Below are positions 61,662 to 64,000 of a DNA stretch of 64,000 nucleotides, one piece after another. Below the pieces are notes generated by a model that saw only the letters and a program-made list of their open reading frames with translations, was not told where the DNA came from and did not search any database. Position 1 is the first letter of the stretch. Each line of letters starts with the position of its first letter. Both the position numbers and the translations under genes were made by a program. Source of the stretch: Candidatus Eiseniibacteriota bacterium (GTDB taxonomy: Bacteria; Eisenbacteria; RBG-16-71-46; DASYSL01); NCBI GenBank assembly GCA_031431875.1, contig JANPEF010000082.1, positions 16,994 through 80,993 of the forward strand, in the 5' to 3' direction.

Positions 61662-61743
61662 GACGCGCTCAATGTGCAAGTCGACTTGCAGTACCGCAAA
61701 TGGATTGAGCGCTTCCGGTGCGTCAACTTGCGCTGGCGAAAGT
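61661..61743. repeat. Second REP-like palindrome cluster
   Basis: TGCAAGTCGACTTGCA at 61675-61690; ACTTGCGCTGGCGAAAGT at 61726-61743 matches 58428-58445 at 17/18 in reverse orientation. Confidence 0.7.
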
Positions 61744-61768
61744 CGGCGTGAGCCCCTAGCCTCGCTCG

Positions 61769-62668
61769 ATGCTCCCCGCCACGCTGCCCCTCGACGCCTA
61801 CCGCGTGTTCCGCCGCGACCTCGACGCACAACGTCCGGCCATCGATGCGATCGCGGCGCGGCATGGCCTGCCGCCCGGCGAGCTCGTGCCGTTCCCGCAG
61901 GGCACGCAGATCGTCTGGGGCACGCCGCGTTCCGTGATCAAGTTGTTCGTGCCCACGTGGCCGGAGGACACGCGCGTGGAGAACCTCATGCTCGAGCGGC
62001 TGGTCGGCGCGGGCCTGCCGGTGCCGCAGCTCGAGGCGCGTGGAGAGATCGCGGGCTGGCCGTACGTCGTGATGAGCCGCCTGCCCGGCCGGAGCGTCTC
62101 CGAGGTCTGGCCCGGGCTCGAGGCGGACGCGCGCGCGCGACTGGCCCACGACATTGGCGCGGCGACGGCGCGCCTCGCCGCGTTGCCCGTGACCGGACTC
62201 GAGGCGTTGCTCGCTCCGCAGGAGTCGCTGCTGGCCGAGCGGCGGCCACGGCTTCTGGAGGATCAGCGCGCCCGCGGAGCTGACGACGCGCTCGAGGTGC
62301 AACTGCAGGAGTTCCTCGACACCCTGCCGCGGCTGGTGCCGGCCGCGAGCGTCCTGCTCCACGCGGACCTGACGGCGGGCAACATCCTCGTGCACGAGGG
62401 CCGGCTCACCGGATTCGTCGACTTCGCGGATGCGTTCGTCGGCCCGTGGACCTACGAGCTGGCAGCGACCTCGTGCTTCGTGACGCAGGGCGATCGGCGC
62501 TCGCAACGGGCGCTCCTTGCGGGTCGCGGCGTCGAGCCGACACCCGAGCTCCTCGCCACGCTGCACTGCTGGGCCGTGCTCCACCGCTACGGACATGTCG
62601 CGATCATGATGCGGGACGCCGGGCACTCGAGCCTGGCGAACTGGCTCGACACGCTGTGGCTGCCCTGA
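61769..62668 (+). CDS. Aminoglycoside phosphotransferase / choline-kinase-like family protein
   Basis: VIKLF, YVVMSRLPG, LLHADLTAGNILV, VDFADA. Confidence 0.85.
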   Translation: MLPATLPLDAYRVFRRDLDAQRPAIDAIAARHGLPPGELVPFPQGTQIVWGTPRSVIKLFVPTWPEDTRVENLMLERLVGAGLPVPQLEARGEIAGWPYVVMSRLPGRSVSEVWPGLEADARARLAHDIGAATARLAALPVTGLEALLAPQESLLAERRPRLLEDQRARGADDALEVQLQEFLDTLPRLVPAASVLLHADLTAGNILVHEGRLTGFVDFADAFVGPWTYELAATSCFVTQGDRRSQRALLAGRGVEPTPELLATLHCWAVLHRYGHVAIMMRDAGHSSLANWLDTLWLP

Positions 62669-62682
62669 GGCGCAAGATCGGC

Positions 62683-64000
62683 TCACCCCACCCTCACGCC
62701 CAGCCCCGCCACTTCCTGCGCCACCGCGCGCCGCATGGCGGGCGTGGCATCACACGCCGACAGTCGACCCGCGGCTTCGGTGAAGTCCGCCAGGAACGAA
62801 TCCTGCTCGAGCGCGACGAGCACGACCGGTCGGGTGGCGCACAGCGCGTGCAGCTCCTGCGTCTCCGCCGCCGAGAGCGGCGTCCGGCGCGGTAGCGCGA
62901 CGACGAGCGGATCCGGCGACGCATCCGGACCTGCAGCGCCCCCCGCGAGCCGGCGCAGCGAAGCGAAGTCCTCCGCCACCGAAGCCGTCCGCCCCGGCGC
63001 CGCGCCCGATCCGGCTGCCGCGAACTGGCGCCCGCGCGCGGGCACGCCGGCCTCGAGCAGCAGCTCGGCGATCGACGGCCCGGCCGGCCACGCAGGCTCG
63101 AGGACCTCGAGTCGATCCAGTGCGAACGCGTCCGGCGGGCTTTGCCACGAGAGTGCACGGCGGCAGATGGCGAGCATCGTCGGCTCCCACGACGGGGGCA
63201 CCAGGCGCGCCAGCGCAGCCGCGTCCATCGCGGACGGGGGCGTCGACGCGGCCGCGGACTTCTCGAACCGCTCCGCGGCCTGGGCCGCCGCGAGCAGGCC
63301 CTCGATGCCGCCGCGGGCGGCCTCCCAGCGCGCCATCGGGAGCACGGACTCGCCGCCGGCCTCCCACCGTGCGGCCGCCGCCGCCAGCGAAGCATCCAAT
63401 GACGGCGTCCACTCGCCCAGCAGCACCAGGTCGCAGCCGGCGGCCAACGCGGCCAGCAATCCATCGCCGCCGGGCGCGAGATCGGCCACGCCCTTCATCT
63501 CCATCCAGTCGGTGACCACCACGTTCCGCGCCCCCAGCGCACCACGGAGCAACCCGCCCAGGATCGCCGGCGACAGCGTCGCGGGTAGCGCCGGGTCCAG
63601 CGCCGGATACCGCACGTGCGCGGTCATCACCATCGGCGAGAGGTGCAGCGCCTCGCGGAAGGGGACCAGTTCACGCGCATCCAGCGTCGCGAGATCGGCG
63701 TAGCAGATGGGCAGCGCCAGGTGCGAATCGACGGTCGTCGCACCATGCCCCGGGAAGTGCTTCACGCAGGCCAGCACGCCACCCTCGCGGTAGCCGCGCA
63801 GCGAAGCGGCCGCCGCACGCGCGACCCGATGCGGCTCACGCCCGAACGAGCGGGGACCGATGACCGGATTCGCCGAAGCGCTGTCGACGTCGAGCACCGG
63901 TGCGAAGTTCACGTCGACGCCGAGCGCGCACAGCCAGCCGCCGACGGTGGCGGCGATGCGCTCGATCTCGAGCTCGCTCGCCGCACGGCCGAGGACGCGC
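62683..64000 (-). CDS. GH3 beta-N-acetylhexosaminidase (NagZ-like), 5' end outside window
   Basis: NFAPVLDV, IGPRSFG, KHFPGHG...DSH, MTAHV, PATLS, VTD; frame open to the window edge. Confidence 0.88.
   Translation of the reverse strand, partial: RVLGRAASELEIERIAATVGGWLCALGVDVNFAPVLDVDSASANPVIGPRSFGREPHRVARAAAASLRGYREGGVLACVKHFPGHGATTVDSHLALPICYADLATLDARELVPFREALHLSPMVMTAHVRYPALDPALPATLSPAILGGLLRGALGARNVVVTDWMEMKGVADLAPGGDGLLAALAAGCDLVLLGEWTPSLDASLAAAAARWEAGGESVLPMARWEAARGGIEGLLAAAQAAERFEKSAAASTPPSAMDAAALARLVPPSWEPTMLAICRRALSWQSPPDAFALDRLEVLEPAWPAGPSIAELLLEAGVPARGRQFAAAGSGAAPGRTASVAEDFASLRRLAGGAAGPDASPDPLVVALPRRTPLSAAETQELHALCATRPVVLVALEQDSFLADFTEAAGRLSACDATPAMRRAVAQEVAGLGVRVG

Noticed and set aside
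61769..62668. Calling this an antibiotic-resistance gene
   Set aside because: Only fold-level kinase motifs are visible; substrate cannot be assigned and there is no mobile context

Overview
GC-rich bacterial chromosomal window with about 50 CDS, mostly on the + strand; no rRNA, tRNA, CRISPR array or transposase was recognisable. The gene set (PorX-like REC-PglZ regulator next to tsaE, a secreted FG-GAP protein with a T9SS/FlgD-like C-terminal domain, a long LptD, a TonB-dependent receptor) suggests a diderm FCB-group organism such as Ca. Eisenbacteria (inference, not a database result). Housekeeping blocks are xfp-ackA, tgt-yajC-def-fmt-rsmB-PASTA-rpe, ffh-rpsP-hemCDBL-serS, kinase-porX-tsaE-tsaB/rimI-accD-folC-lptD, cystathionine synthase/lyase, yajQ and hydantoinase A/B. 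The best find is a gene the ORF track splits in two, 44015-45367. It has an in-frame TGA in a Cys-Gly-[TGA] motif followed by a SECIS-like hairpin, so it is a probable exported selenoprotein: a CxU motif on a degenerate UshA/5'-nucleotidase-like domain fused to a tetraheme cytochrome c. It has its own promoter with twin palindromes and lies just upstream of transsulfuration genes. Also notable: RsmB with a ~395-aa repetitive Arg/Pro-rich extension, a cluster of related palindromes that recurs 3 kb away, several apparently leaderless genes, a probable CTG start for folC, and a long structured leader before a tiny Thr-rich lipoprotein.
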